A DNA stretch of 6,177 nucleotides. Source: a virus. How positions within the stretch are numbered: the stretch's first letter is position 1; each line of letters starts with the position of its first letter. Location of the stretch: positions 1-6,177 of IMG/VR virus record IMGVR_UViG_3300045988_043592, one strand, 5' to 3'. The notes beneath the pieces are model-generated. The model ran no database searches, was not told where the DNA came from, and saw only the letters and a program-made list of their open reading frames with translations. A program made the position numbers and the translations under genes. This document shows positions 1 to 5,774 of this stretch, piece by piece.

Positions 1-95
1 AGAAGCCACAGAAAATTACATTGAAAGCATGATTGATTGGGATATGCTAGTGACCATTGTAGGACAATTAAGCGAGCATATCACAGAAAAAAAAG
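1..95. repeat. Terminal direct repeat (copy 1): bases 1-95 are identical to 6083-6177. This is the assembly overlap of a circular 6,082-nt genome.
   Basis: Base-by-base comparison of both ends (agaagccacagaaaattacattgaaagc...catatcacagaaaaaaaag) shows 95/95 identity. Confidence 0.95.
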
Positions 96-121
96 TAAAT
101 GAAATGTTAAACAGTAAATAA
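2..121 (+). CDS. 3' part of the junction-spanning small ORF that begins at 5967. The full product is 78 aa across the circular junction. Hypothetical protein.
   Basis: The frame is open from the window start and continues the frame of ATG 5967 through the 95-nt overlap. It ends ...EKKVNEMLNSK with TAA at 119-121. Confidence 0.6.
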   Translation, partial: EATENYIESMIDWDMLVTIVGQLSEHITEKKVNEMLNSK

Positions 122-129
122 TTAAAACT

Positions 130-2118
130 ATGGTAAAGAAAACTATCGGAAAAAACACATTAGGCGACAGCAATAAAATGAAGGTCGCAATGCGCGACTA
201 TGAGAGAAGTACCCACAATCTATCGTACGTTTGGAGAAATACACAAGCACCGGGAACACTAGTTCCCTGCATGAAAATCCTAGCGACACCAGGTACTACA
301 TACAAGATTAAGGCAAACAGCCATATCTTAACACATCCAACCGTGGGACCTCTATTTGGGAGCTATAAATTTCAAATGGATATATTTACCGTGCCTATCA
401 GACTTTACAACGCATTGCTTCACAATAATGCGTTAAACGTAGGACTAGACATGGCTAAAGTAAAGTTTCCTAAATTCGCCATAACATTAGGGAAAGACAG
501 TTCTAAGACGCCATGGAGTAGCAGCAGTTTGCTAGCTTATCTAGGATTTAGAAACAAGGGTCGCGAATTATCAGATTCATTAGACTTTGTACACAAATTC
601 AACGCTATCCCTGCGATCGCATATTATGACATTTTTAAAAATTACTATGCAAACAAACAGGAAGAAAATTTCTATACAATTGGAATCGGGGAAGAATACG
701 AATTGCCTTATCCAAACAATCTAGAATCAGGAGTAAGAGTAATGCTACAAACAGGTCCTGAAAAATGGGAAATGAGTAGCACAAATGATATCAATTTCTA
801 TTTAATTGCAACAGGAGGAAGAAATTTCGTAATAGAAATTGACAAATCGGTATTTCCTCAGGATGGGAATATAGAAGAAGTAATCATAAATGGATACTAC
901 AGAGGACAAGGAGGACAGCGAGGACAATTCACAGCAAAACAACTCGCAAACGGAAATCAAATCAAATTCGCTAATAACACATGGATGATTCCTATAAAGT
1001 ACGAAGATAAGCCAAATATGCGAATATTTGTAGTAACCTCAATCAAAACTACAGGAGCAATATCCTTAAAAAGCTATCCGCTAGAATCAATTGACAAAAC
1101 TAGAGAAGAAATACTATCTCTAGGCAGCCAAGAAGGATTAATTCAATACGAGGAAGGAAAAGGGAATATTACTCAAGAGTACCTCAAGGACCTTATTCAA
1201 TTAGGAACAGAATTTTACAGCGCAAATCCTCAAGTAGGACTAGTTGTAAAAACTTATCAATCAGATATTTTTAACAATTGGATTAATACCGAATGGATTG
1301 ACGGAGAAAATGGAATCAATGCAATCACAGCAGTTGACGTATCAGACGGGAAATTAGAACTTGACACACTGATTTTGGCGAAAAAGGTTTATAATATGCT
1401 AAACCGAATTGCAATTAGCGGAGGTACTTATAATGATTGGATTGAAACAGTCTATACAACCGACTACGTAAGCAGAAGCGAGATTCCTGAATATCAAGGA
1501 GGTATGTCGAGTGAAATCCAATTTCAAGAAGTTATAAGTAATAGCGCAACAGAAGGAGAGCCCCTAGGAACACTAGCGGGGCGAGGCATTAATGTCGGAA
1601 AGAAGGGGGGAGATATCACGGTGAAGGTTACAGAACCATGTTATCTAATTGGTATATGTAGCATTACTCCTAGAGTAGATTATTCTCAAGGAAATGACTT
1701 CGATATAATGTTAGACAATCTCGACCAAATCCATAAACCACAACTCGACCAAATCGGTTTTCAAGACTTGCTTACATGGAAAATGGATGCAGAACAGATT
1801 GTGTACGGAAATGGAGTACTACGAGAATATAGTATAGGTAAACAGCCTGCATGGATTGATTATATGACGAATTACAACAAAACATACGGAAATTTTGCAG
1901 TAGGAGAATCAGAAGCGTTTATGGTACTAAACAGAATCTACCAAACAGAGTGGAAAGGTGATGTTCCGGAACTAAACAACTCAACATATATCGACCCACA
2001 AGCATACAACTATGTATTCGCAGATACAGACTTACAGAGTATGAACTTTTGGGTACAGATCGGATTTGATATTGAGGCACGTATTGTAATGAGTGCTAAG
2101 ATAATGCCAACACTTTAA
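130..2118 (+). CDS. VP1: Microviridae major capsid protein (VP1 / phiX174 F family), 662 aa
   Basis: It is the longest ORF. The N-terminal signature RSTHNLSYVWRNTQAPGTLVPCMKILATPGTTY...FQMDIFTVPIRLY follows the conserved pattern of microvirus capsid proteins (S-H-x-L-S ... G-x-L-x-P ... PG-[DT] ... F-x-VP-x-R). Size and genome context are typical of the family. Confidence 0.93.
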   Translation: MVKKTIGKNTLGDSNKMKVAMRDYERSTHNLSYVWRNTQAPGTLVPCMKILATPGTTYKIKANSHILTHPTVGPLFGSYKFQMDIFTVPIRLYNALLHNNALNVGLDMAKVKFPKFAITLGKDSSKTPWSSSSLLAYLGFRNKGRELSDSLDFVHKFNAIPAIAYYDIFKNYYANKQEENFYTIGIGEEYELPYPNNLESGVRVMLQTGPEKWEMSSTNDINFYLIATGGRNFVIEIDKSVFPQDGNIEEVIINGYYRGQGGQRGQFTAKQLANGNQIKFANNTWMIPIKYEDKPNMRIFVVTSIKTTGAISLKSYPLESIDKTREEILSLGSQEGLIQYEEGKGNITQEYLKDLIQLGTEFYSANPQVGLVVKTYQSDIFNNWINTEWIDGENGINAITAVDVSDGKLELDTLILAKKVYNMLNRIAISGGTYNDWIETVYTTDYVSRSEIPEYQGGMSSEIQFQEVISNSATEGEPLGTLAGRGINVGKKGGDITVKVTEPCYLIGICSITPRVDYSQGNDFDIMLDNLDQIHKPQLDQIGFQDLLTWKMDAEQIVYGNGVLREYSIGKQPAWIDYMTNYNKTYGNFAVGESEAFMVLNRIYQTEWKGDVPELNNSTYIDPQAYNYVFADTDLQSMNFWVQIGFDIEARIVMSAKIMPTL

Positions 2119-2129
2119 TACTTTATGAA

Positions 2130-2468
2130 ATGAAAAAAATAGGAATTAATTACAGAAGCAAACTAGGAACAGCACTAGTAGAAGGCGAGAGAATTGAGTT
2201 AAAAATTGACAGAATGACGCAAAATAATGAACCTATCGGGGATAGCGCACCATTAATCTACACAGCAAGGAAAGATGGAGTAATAGCAGCATACGACATC
2301 CGAACAGATAAGTGGGATATTGCCTTAGACGCAATGGAGAAAGTTAACCAAACAAGAGGCAAGATTTCAGAGTTAGGCGGTATGCGAGAAGCGAAGAAGA
2401 ATATTGACGAAGAAGCGAAAAAAGCCGTAGCCAACGGTGCAATTGATTCAAAAAATGAACTCAATTAG
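2130..2468 (+). CDS. Small hypothetical protein, 112 aa, with a K/E-rich C-terminus. Its position between capsid and pilot genes allows a scaffolding or structural accessory role, but this is unproven.
   Basis: The ORF starts 11 nt after the VP1 stop, is on the same strand and has non-repetitive, globular-looking sequence. I recognise no family motif with certainty. Confidence 0.65.
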   Translation: MKKIGINYRSKLGTALVEGERIELKIDRMTQNNEPIGDSAPLIYTARKDGVIAAYDIRTDKWDIALDAMEKVNQTRGKISELGGMREAKKNIDEEAKKAVANGAIDSKNELN

Positions 2469-2499
2469 CATGTCACCACTTTAGTGAAACAAGTTCATA

Positions 2500-2514
2500 C
2501 GTGTAAAATGCACG
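2500..2514. other. Small hairpin cgtgta-aaa-tgcacg in the intergenic spacer
   Basis: Pairs 2500:2514, 2501:2513, 2502:2512 and 2503:2511, then a T:G wobble 2504:2510 and 2505:2509, with a 3-nt loop. Confidence 0.4.
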
Positions 2515-2529
2515 ACCATTAAAACCAAA

Positions 2530-2581
2530 GATTCCGCGGGGACGCACGGCATAGATTGTCCAATAAGTTTACCGCGGAATC
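2530..2581. other. Perfect 10-bp stem (gattccgcgg / ccgcggaatc) enclosing a 32-nt loop that contains an inner ggac/gtcc helix
   Basis: 2530-2539 is the exact reverse complement of 2572-2581. The inner 4-bp pairing is 2540-2543 with 2558-2561. The segment is GC-rich, non-coding and sits in an AT-rich genome. Confidence 0.7.
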
Positions 2582-2635
2582 CTCTTAAAAGAGGGTGGTA
2601 CGCACGTAGCATATATTATCAAGTTATAATGTAAG

Positions 2636-2652
2636 GCTCTTTAATAAAGAGC
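2636..2652. other. Hairpin gctcttt-aat-aaagagc (7-bp perfect stem, 3-nt loop), 26 nt upstream of the VP2 start
   Basis: 2636-2642 is the exact reverse complement of 2646-2652. Confidence 0.6.
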
Positions 2653-2677
2653 GAAAACAATGTAAAAACTTATTATT

Positions 2678-3790
2678 ATGGGATTTATAAAAAATGCGTT
2701 AGGAATGATTGGCGATGCAGCCACAGGCGGACTAGCAAGCGGGATAGGGAGTTTTGTAAGCGGGATATTCGGAGATAAGGGGTTATCGAAGAAGGACCAA
2801 TTAGAAATCATGAATAAACAGCACGGGTATGAATTGGAAAACATGGATTACCAAGCGAAGCTTAACGAAGAAATGGCACAGAGAAACCAAGAACGCCAAA
2901 ACGAATACTTCGGAATGACAGCAGAGTATAACTCGGCAAAAAATCAAAAACAAAGATTAAAAGACGCAGGATTAAACCCTGCATTAATGTACGGAAGCGC
3001 AGGAAGTGGCGGAGCAGGAACAGGAAGTACAGGAGGAGCAAGCGGAAGCGGTGTCGGACTATCGCAAGCGCAAGCAGTAGGCATGGGTCTACAGTTAAGC
3101 CAAATCAAGGCACAAACGAACCTGATGAACGCAGAAGCAGCCAAGGCATATGCAGACGCGAACAAGACCAAGGGGGCAGACACGGATAAAGTAAGACAGG
3201 ATATTGCGGAGAGTGAGGCAAGAATCGATGAAATTATAGCCAAGATTCCTTCAGAAAAACAGCAATATTACATAGGCAAGGCACATGAAGAAGCACTCAA
3301 GGCAAGCAAGCTATTAACAGATGCAGCAGCAGCCAAAACAGACGAAGAACGGAAGGTGTTAGCAATACAGCAGCATGTATTGTTTAAGGAAGTTGACAAG
3401 ATGGTTGCCGAAATCGAAGGAGTAGGACTAGATAATGACCAAAAGAAAATTATCAAAAATTCACTACAAAGAAGTATAGATTCTCACATATACCTGAATA
3501 CAGCTCAAGCGATAGCAGCAGAAGCAAACGCAAAGTTCTCAAATGAAAACATAAAAACCATTGAAGGACAATTACAATTATGGTCAAAACAAGCTGAGAA
3601 TTGGGAAGGACAACGGGAAAATGTCAGAAAACAAATCGAAGAACAGGTTAAGCAATGGGGACAAGAAAACATGTTCGAGGGAAAGAAAATCAGCCTAGAA
3701 CAAACAAGAACAATAGCAGATATAATCCTAAGAAGTTTAGAGAGTGTGCAAAAAATCGGTCAAATAGTAGGAACAGCAATAATTAAGTAA
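2678..3790 (+). CDS. VP2: Microviridae minor capsid / DNA pilot protein (VP2, functional analogue of phiX174 H), 370 aa
   Basis: The N-terminus is Gly-rich and hydrophobic (GMIGDAATGGLASGIGSFVSGIFG). The motif QRLKDAGLNPALMYG is typical of microvirus VP2 proteins. A poly-Gly/Ser linker (GSAGSGGAGTGSTGGASGSGVG) follows, then a long A/E/K/Q-rich segment that looks like coiled coil. The gene lies between capsid and rep. Confidence 0.85.
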   Translation: MGFIKNALGMIGDAATGGLASGIGSFVSGIFGDKGLSKKDQLEIMNKQHGYELENMDYQAKLNEEMAQRNQERQNEYFGMTAEYNSAKNQKQRLKDAGLNPALMYGSAGSGGAGTGSTGGASGSGVGLSQAQAVGMGLQLSQIKAQTNLMNAEAAKAYADANKTKGADTDKVRQDIAESEARIDEIIAKIPSEKQQYYIGKAHEEALKASKLLTDAAAAKTDEERKVLAIQQHVLFKEVDKMVAEIEGVGLDNDQKKIIKNSLQRSIDSHIYLNTAQAIAAEANAKFSNENIKTIEGQLQLWSKQAENWEGQRENVRKQIEEQVKQWGQENMFEGKKISLEQTRTIADIILRSLESVQKIGQIVGTAIIK

Positions 3791-3791
3791 T

Positions 3792-4796
3792 ATGTGTCTA
3801 TATCCAAGATTAATACCAAATCCAAAATACAGAACATCTAAGAAGAGAGGGTATTACAAACCCTCTCCTCATGATGCAAGATTAAATTATGTGCCGGTAG
3901 CATGCGGGAAATGCTACGAGTGCAGGAAGAAGAAGGCTAGGGAATGGAGAATCAGACTAGCGGAAGAAATCAGGCACAGCAAGAGTTATTTTGTGACGTT
4001 GACTATTGATAACGAAAATTTAGAGATGTTGAAAAATGAACTAGAAGTAAAATCGGTCAAGGGAAATGAAAACAATATAGCAACACTAGCGCTAAGAAAA
4101 TTTCTAGAACGATGCAGGAAGAAAACAGGAAAATCATTAAGACATTGGTGTGTAACAGAACTAGGTGAAGACAGAGGAAGAATACATTTGCACGGGATAT
4201 TCTTCGGAAATCAAGCAGCGGAATTAGCGATCGAAAAGTGGAAATACGGGTATGTATTTATTGGAAACTTTGTAAATGAAAAAACAATTAACTATATCAG
4301 TAAGTATATGTTAAAAGACGACTTAAACAATAGAGAATTTACAGGAAAAGTATTAACTAGCGCAGGCATGGGAAAACAATACTTCGAACGAGGTGATTGG
4401 AAATTTAACAAGTACAACGGAAAGAATACAAGAGAATATTACGTGTTTAAAAATGGAACGCGAGCAATGATGCCAAGATACTACAGGGATAAGATTTACA
4501 GCGAGGAAGAAAAAGAATTACTTTGGTTGCAAAAACTAGATAAAGGTGATACATGGGTAATGGGAGAAGTCTGCAAAATAGATTCAGATGAATACAAGAA
4601 TCTTCTAAGCTACTACAGAGAGCAAGCAAAACAAATACACGGGGATAATATAGCGTTATGGAAAGAAAAACAGTATTGGCGAAGACTAGAAAAACAGAGA
4701 AGCATGTATAGGAAACGGAGAAATATGAATGAATATATCGACAGGCAAACAGCAGAAAGAATTAACAACTACGAAATTGGCTACTGTCCATTCTGA
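3792..4796 (+). CDS. VP4: Rolling-circle replication initiator, HUH endonuclease superfamily (VP4 / phiX174 A-like), 334 aa
   Basis: Motif I is YFVTLTID (nt ~3987-4010). The HUH motif is RIHLHGIFF, with His codons at 4185-4187 and 4191-4193. The catalytic double-Tyr motif is NYISKYMLK, with Tyr codons at 4293-4295 and 4305-4307. A Cys cluster CGKCYEC lies near the N-terminus. The ATG is 1 nt after the VP2 stop. Confidence 0.93.
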   Translation: MCLYPRLIPNPKYRTSKKRGYYKPSPHDARLNYVPVACGKCYECRKKKAREWRIRLAEEIRHSKSYFVTLTIDNENLEMLKNELEVKSVKGNENNIATLALRKFLERCRKKTGKSLRHWCVTELGEDRGRIHLHGIFFGNQAAELAIEKWKYGYVFIGNFVNEKTINYISKYMLKDDLNNREFTGKVLTSAGMGKQYFERGDWKFNKYNGKNTREYYVFKNGTRAMMPRYYRDKIYSEEEKELLWLQKLDKGDTWVMGEVCKIDSDEYKNLLSYYREQAKQIHGDNIALWKEKQYWRRLEKQRSMYRKRRNMNEYIDRQTAERINNYEIGYCPF

Positions 4797-4802
4797 GGTA
4801 CG

Positions 4803-4847
4803 AAGGTCTCGAGGTTCTCGAGGTTCTCGAGGTTCTCGAGGTTCTCG
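4803..4847. repeat. Tandem 9-nt repeat: four perfect copies of aggttctcg (4812-4847) preceded by one degenerate copy (aaggtctcg, 4803-4811). Each junction forms the palindrome CTCGAG.
   Basis: Read directly from the sequence. The array starts 7 nt after the rep stop codon. Confidence 0.95.
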
Positions 4848-4861
4848 CTACACATGAAGGT

Positions 4862-4874
4862 GTTGCTTCGCAAC
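4862..4874. other. Hairpin gttgc-ttc-gcaac (5-bp stem, 3-nt loop)
   Basis: 4862-4866 is the reverse complement of 4870-4874. Confidence 0.4.
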
Positions 4875-4931
4875 TCATTACTCTCCTCACTTCGTTCGGC
4901 CGTTCCTCGCTCTCCCAGCTCGTCACTCAGG

Positions 4932-4955
4932 CACGCTCGACCCAGTCGAGACGTG
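4932..4955. other. GC-rich hairpin cacgctcgac-cca-gtcgag(a)cgtg: 10 bp with a single bulged A and a 3-nt loop
   Basis: 4936-4941 is the exact reverse complement of 4945-4950. 4932-4935 pairs with 4952-4955, with A4951 bulged. Confidence 0.65.
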
Positions 4956-4970
4956 TAATAGCATCAGGAT

Positions 4971-4992
4971 GTTCTTTGTCTCGGCAAAGAAC
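4971..4992. other. Perfect 8-bp hairpin gttctttg-tctcgg-caaagaac
   Basis: 4971-4978 is the exact reverse complement of 4985-4992, with a 6-nt loop. A T6 run lies 20 nt downstream (5013-5018), which is too far for a textbook intrinsic terminator. Confidence 0.65.
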
Positions 4993-5070
4993 CAAACCGA
5001 CCCCTTCTCTCATTTTTTATTAGCAATGCTGATGGGGAAGTGTTAAAGAAATGTTAAAGTCAGTCATTTA

Positions 5071-5102
5071 TTTGGTTGGCTTATATTTTTGCATTATCTT
5101 TG
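5071..5102 (+). promoter_or_regulatory. Candidate Bacteroidetes-type sigma-A promoter: -33 TTTG (5071-5074), 20-nt spacer, -7 TATCTTTG (5095-5102, matching TAnnTTTG)
   Basis: The motif and spacing match the published Bacteroides consensus as I recall it (TTTG, about 19-21 nt, TAnnTTTG). The site is in the only long AT-rich non-coding stretch, about 50 nt upstream of the first ORF of the small-gene cassette. A second TAnnTTTG match (TATTTTTG, 5084-5091) has no properly spaced -33 element. Confidence 0.55.
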
Positions 5103-5151
5103 TGGTGTGAGAAAGAAATAAACACCATTAACGAACAAAAAATTTACAGTT

Positions 5152-5364
5152 ATGAAAAAGGAAATAATAGTAGAAAGTAAAAGAGAGGAATCGTACAAGC
5201 TAATTCTCAGTTTAGAATTAAACGAAGAAGAGGAAGAATTAATAAAGAAAAGATTTAACTTACTTGCATTGTCACCAAATCTAAGCAGCGAACAGACAGA
5301 AATACTTGAAACACTGTTTGGGTACTATTGGTATAGAAATTGTGAAATTAATATAATTAAATAA
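5152..5364 (+). CDS. Hypothetical protein, 70 aa, acidic (E-rich centre LELNEEEEELIKK)
   Basis: It is the first ORF after the promoter-like site, on the same strand as all other genes, and its stop is 1 nt before the next start. Confidence 0.5.
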   Translation: MKKEIIVESKREESYKLILSLELNEEEEELIKKRFNLLALSPNLSSEQTEILETLFGYYWYRNCEINIIK

Positions 5365-5365
5365 T

Positions 5366-5593
5366 ATGAATAAGATTTACAACGTATTAAGAATAGATTC
5401 TTGGAATAATGCACAGGAAGTGTATAAAGGAAGAATCAGGGACTGTAAGAGAAGTCTAAAAACTATAGGGGAAGAGTATAAGAAAAGAGGATGGGATGTA
5501 AAAAATTACGATTTTACATTAATTCTAAGGTCAAACTCGTTAGATAATAAAAGATATACATATCTAATACATTGTCCCGAATATGAGGAATAA
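5366..5593 (+). CDS. Hypothetical protein, 75 aa
   Basis: It is packed against the flanking ORFs, and its 3' end overlaps the next start by 11 nt. The composition is non-repetitive. Confidence 0.55.
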   Translation: MNKIYNVLRIDSWNNAQEVYKGRIRDCKRSLKTIGEEYKKRGWDVKNYDFTLILRSNSLDNKRYTYLIHCPEYEE

Positions 5594-5774
5594 GACAATA
5601 GCAGTAGTTGCAGACAAGGAGACGGGCGTAATTAAATCAATAGAAACCGAAGTGATTATATCGCAGAAAGAATTAGAATCGGAAATGAGATGGGAATGTA
5701 TGAACGCCATCAAGAAACTAATAAACAAGAAGAAATACAAAATTATTAACATAAATACTTATTTTTATGACTAA
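5583..5774 (+). CDS. Hypothetical protein, 63 aa
   Basis: It has start/stop overlaps with both neighbours (ATGAGGAATAA upstream, ATGACTAA downstream), consistent with translational coupling. Confidence 0.5.
   Translation: MRNKTIAVVADKETGVIKSIETEVIISQKELESEMRWECMNAIKKLINKKKYKIININTYFYD

Noticed and set aside
2258-2464. Minus-strand ORF of 68 aa, antisense to the 112-aa gene
   Set aside because: It lies entirely within a + strand ORF. Its composition is low-complexity (S/F/A-rich), typical of the antisense frame of K/E-rich coding sequence. All supported genes of this genome, and of microviruses generally, are on one strand.
2615-2630. attat-caagtt-ataat inverted repeat with a 6-nt spacer as a dif-like XerC/D (attP) site, given that related Bacteroidetes microviruses can be prophages without an integrase
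   Set aside because: The arm polarity and sequence do not align with the dif consensus as I remember it (..CATAA-6 nt-TTATG..); only ATGTAA-type fragments match. Short A/T palindromes are common in AT-rich DNA. Deciding this would need comparison with the host dif sequence.
2641-2844. Minus-strand ORF of 67 aa across the VP2 start
   Set aside because: It is antisense to the well-supported VP2 N-terminus and has no supporting signals. It is probably a shadow ORF.
2944-3456. Minus-strand ORFs 2944-3243 (99 aa) and 3268-3456 (62 aa)
   Set aside because: They are antisense shadows of the Gly/Ala- and A/E/K-rich VP2 gene. The resulting A/S/L/P-rich strings are what this codon composition produces on the opposite strand.
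4447-4629. Minus-strand ORF of 60 aa inside rep
   Set aside because: It is antisense to a rep gene with intact catalytic motifs. It is at the minimum length and has no independent evidence.
4803-4847. The tandem repeat as a possible CRISPR array
   Set aside because: The units are 9 nt and directly adjacent with no spacers, and there is no cas context. It is a simple tandem repeat.
4951-4958. The octamer acgtgtaa is shared by both non-coding regions (2499-2506 and 4951-4958)
   Set aside because: A single 8-mer recurrence is within chance expectation once all octamers in the two regions are considered. Its structural context also differs between the two sites.
4797-5012. Minus-strand reading of the GC-rich island: ATG near 5012 gives a 28-aa peptide to a TGA, then about 54 further open codons running into the rep 3' end
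   Set aside because: It is interrupted by a stop, and both parts are short. The openness is explained by GC richness, and it is on the wrong strand for this genome.
4971-5018. The hairpin plus T-run as an intrinsic terminator for rep
   Set aside because: The T6 run begins 20 nt after the stem ends instead of abutting it, so it does not fit the canonical rho-independent architecture. The hairpin is kept only as a structural feature.
5029-5035. CTGATGG, resembling the hammerhead ribozyme CUGAUGA core
   Set aside because: The last conserved base differs, and I could not place the GAAA element or the three flanking helices around it.
5564-5752. Minus-strand hydrophobic ORF of 62 aa, which might look like a membrane or lysis protein
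   Set aside because: The hydrophobicity is explained by antisense reading of an A-rich (K/E/N/I) coding region, giving F/L/I codons. It is on the wrong strand for a single-strand-transcribed microvirus and has no promoter-like signal.
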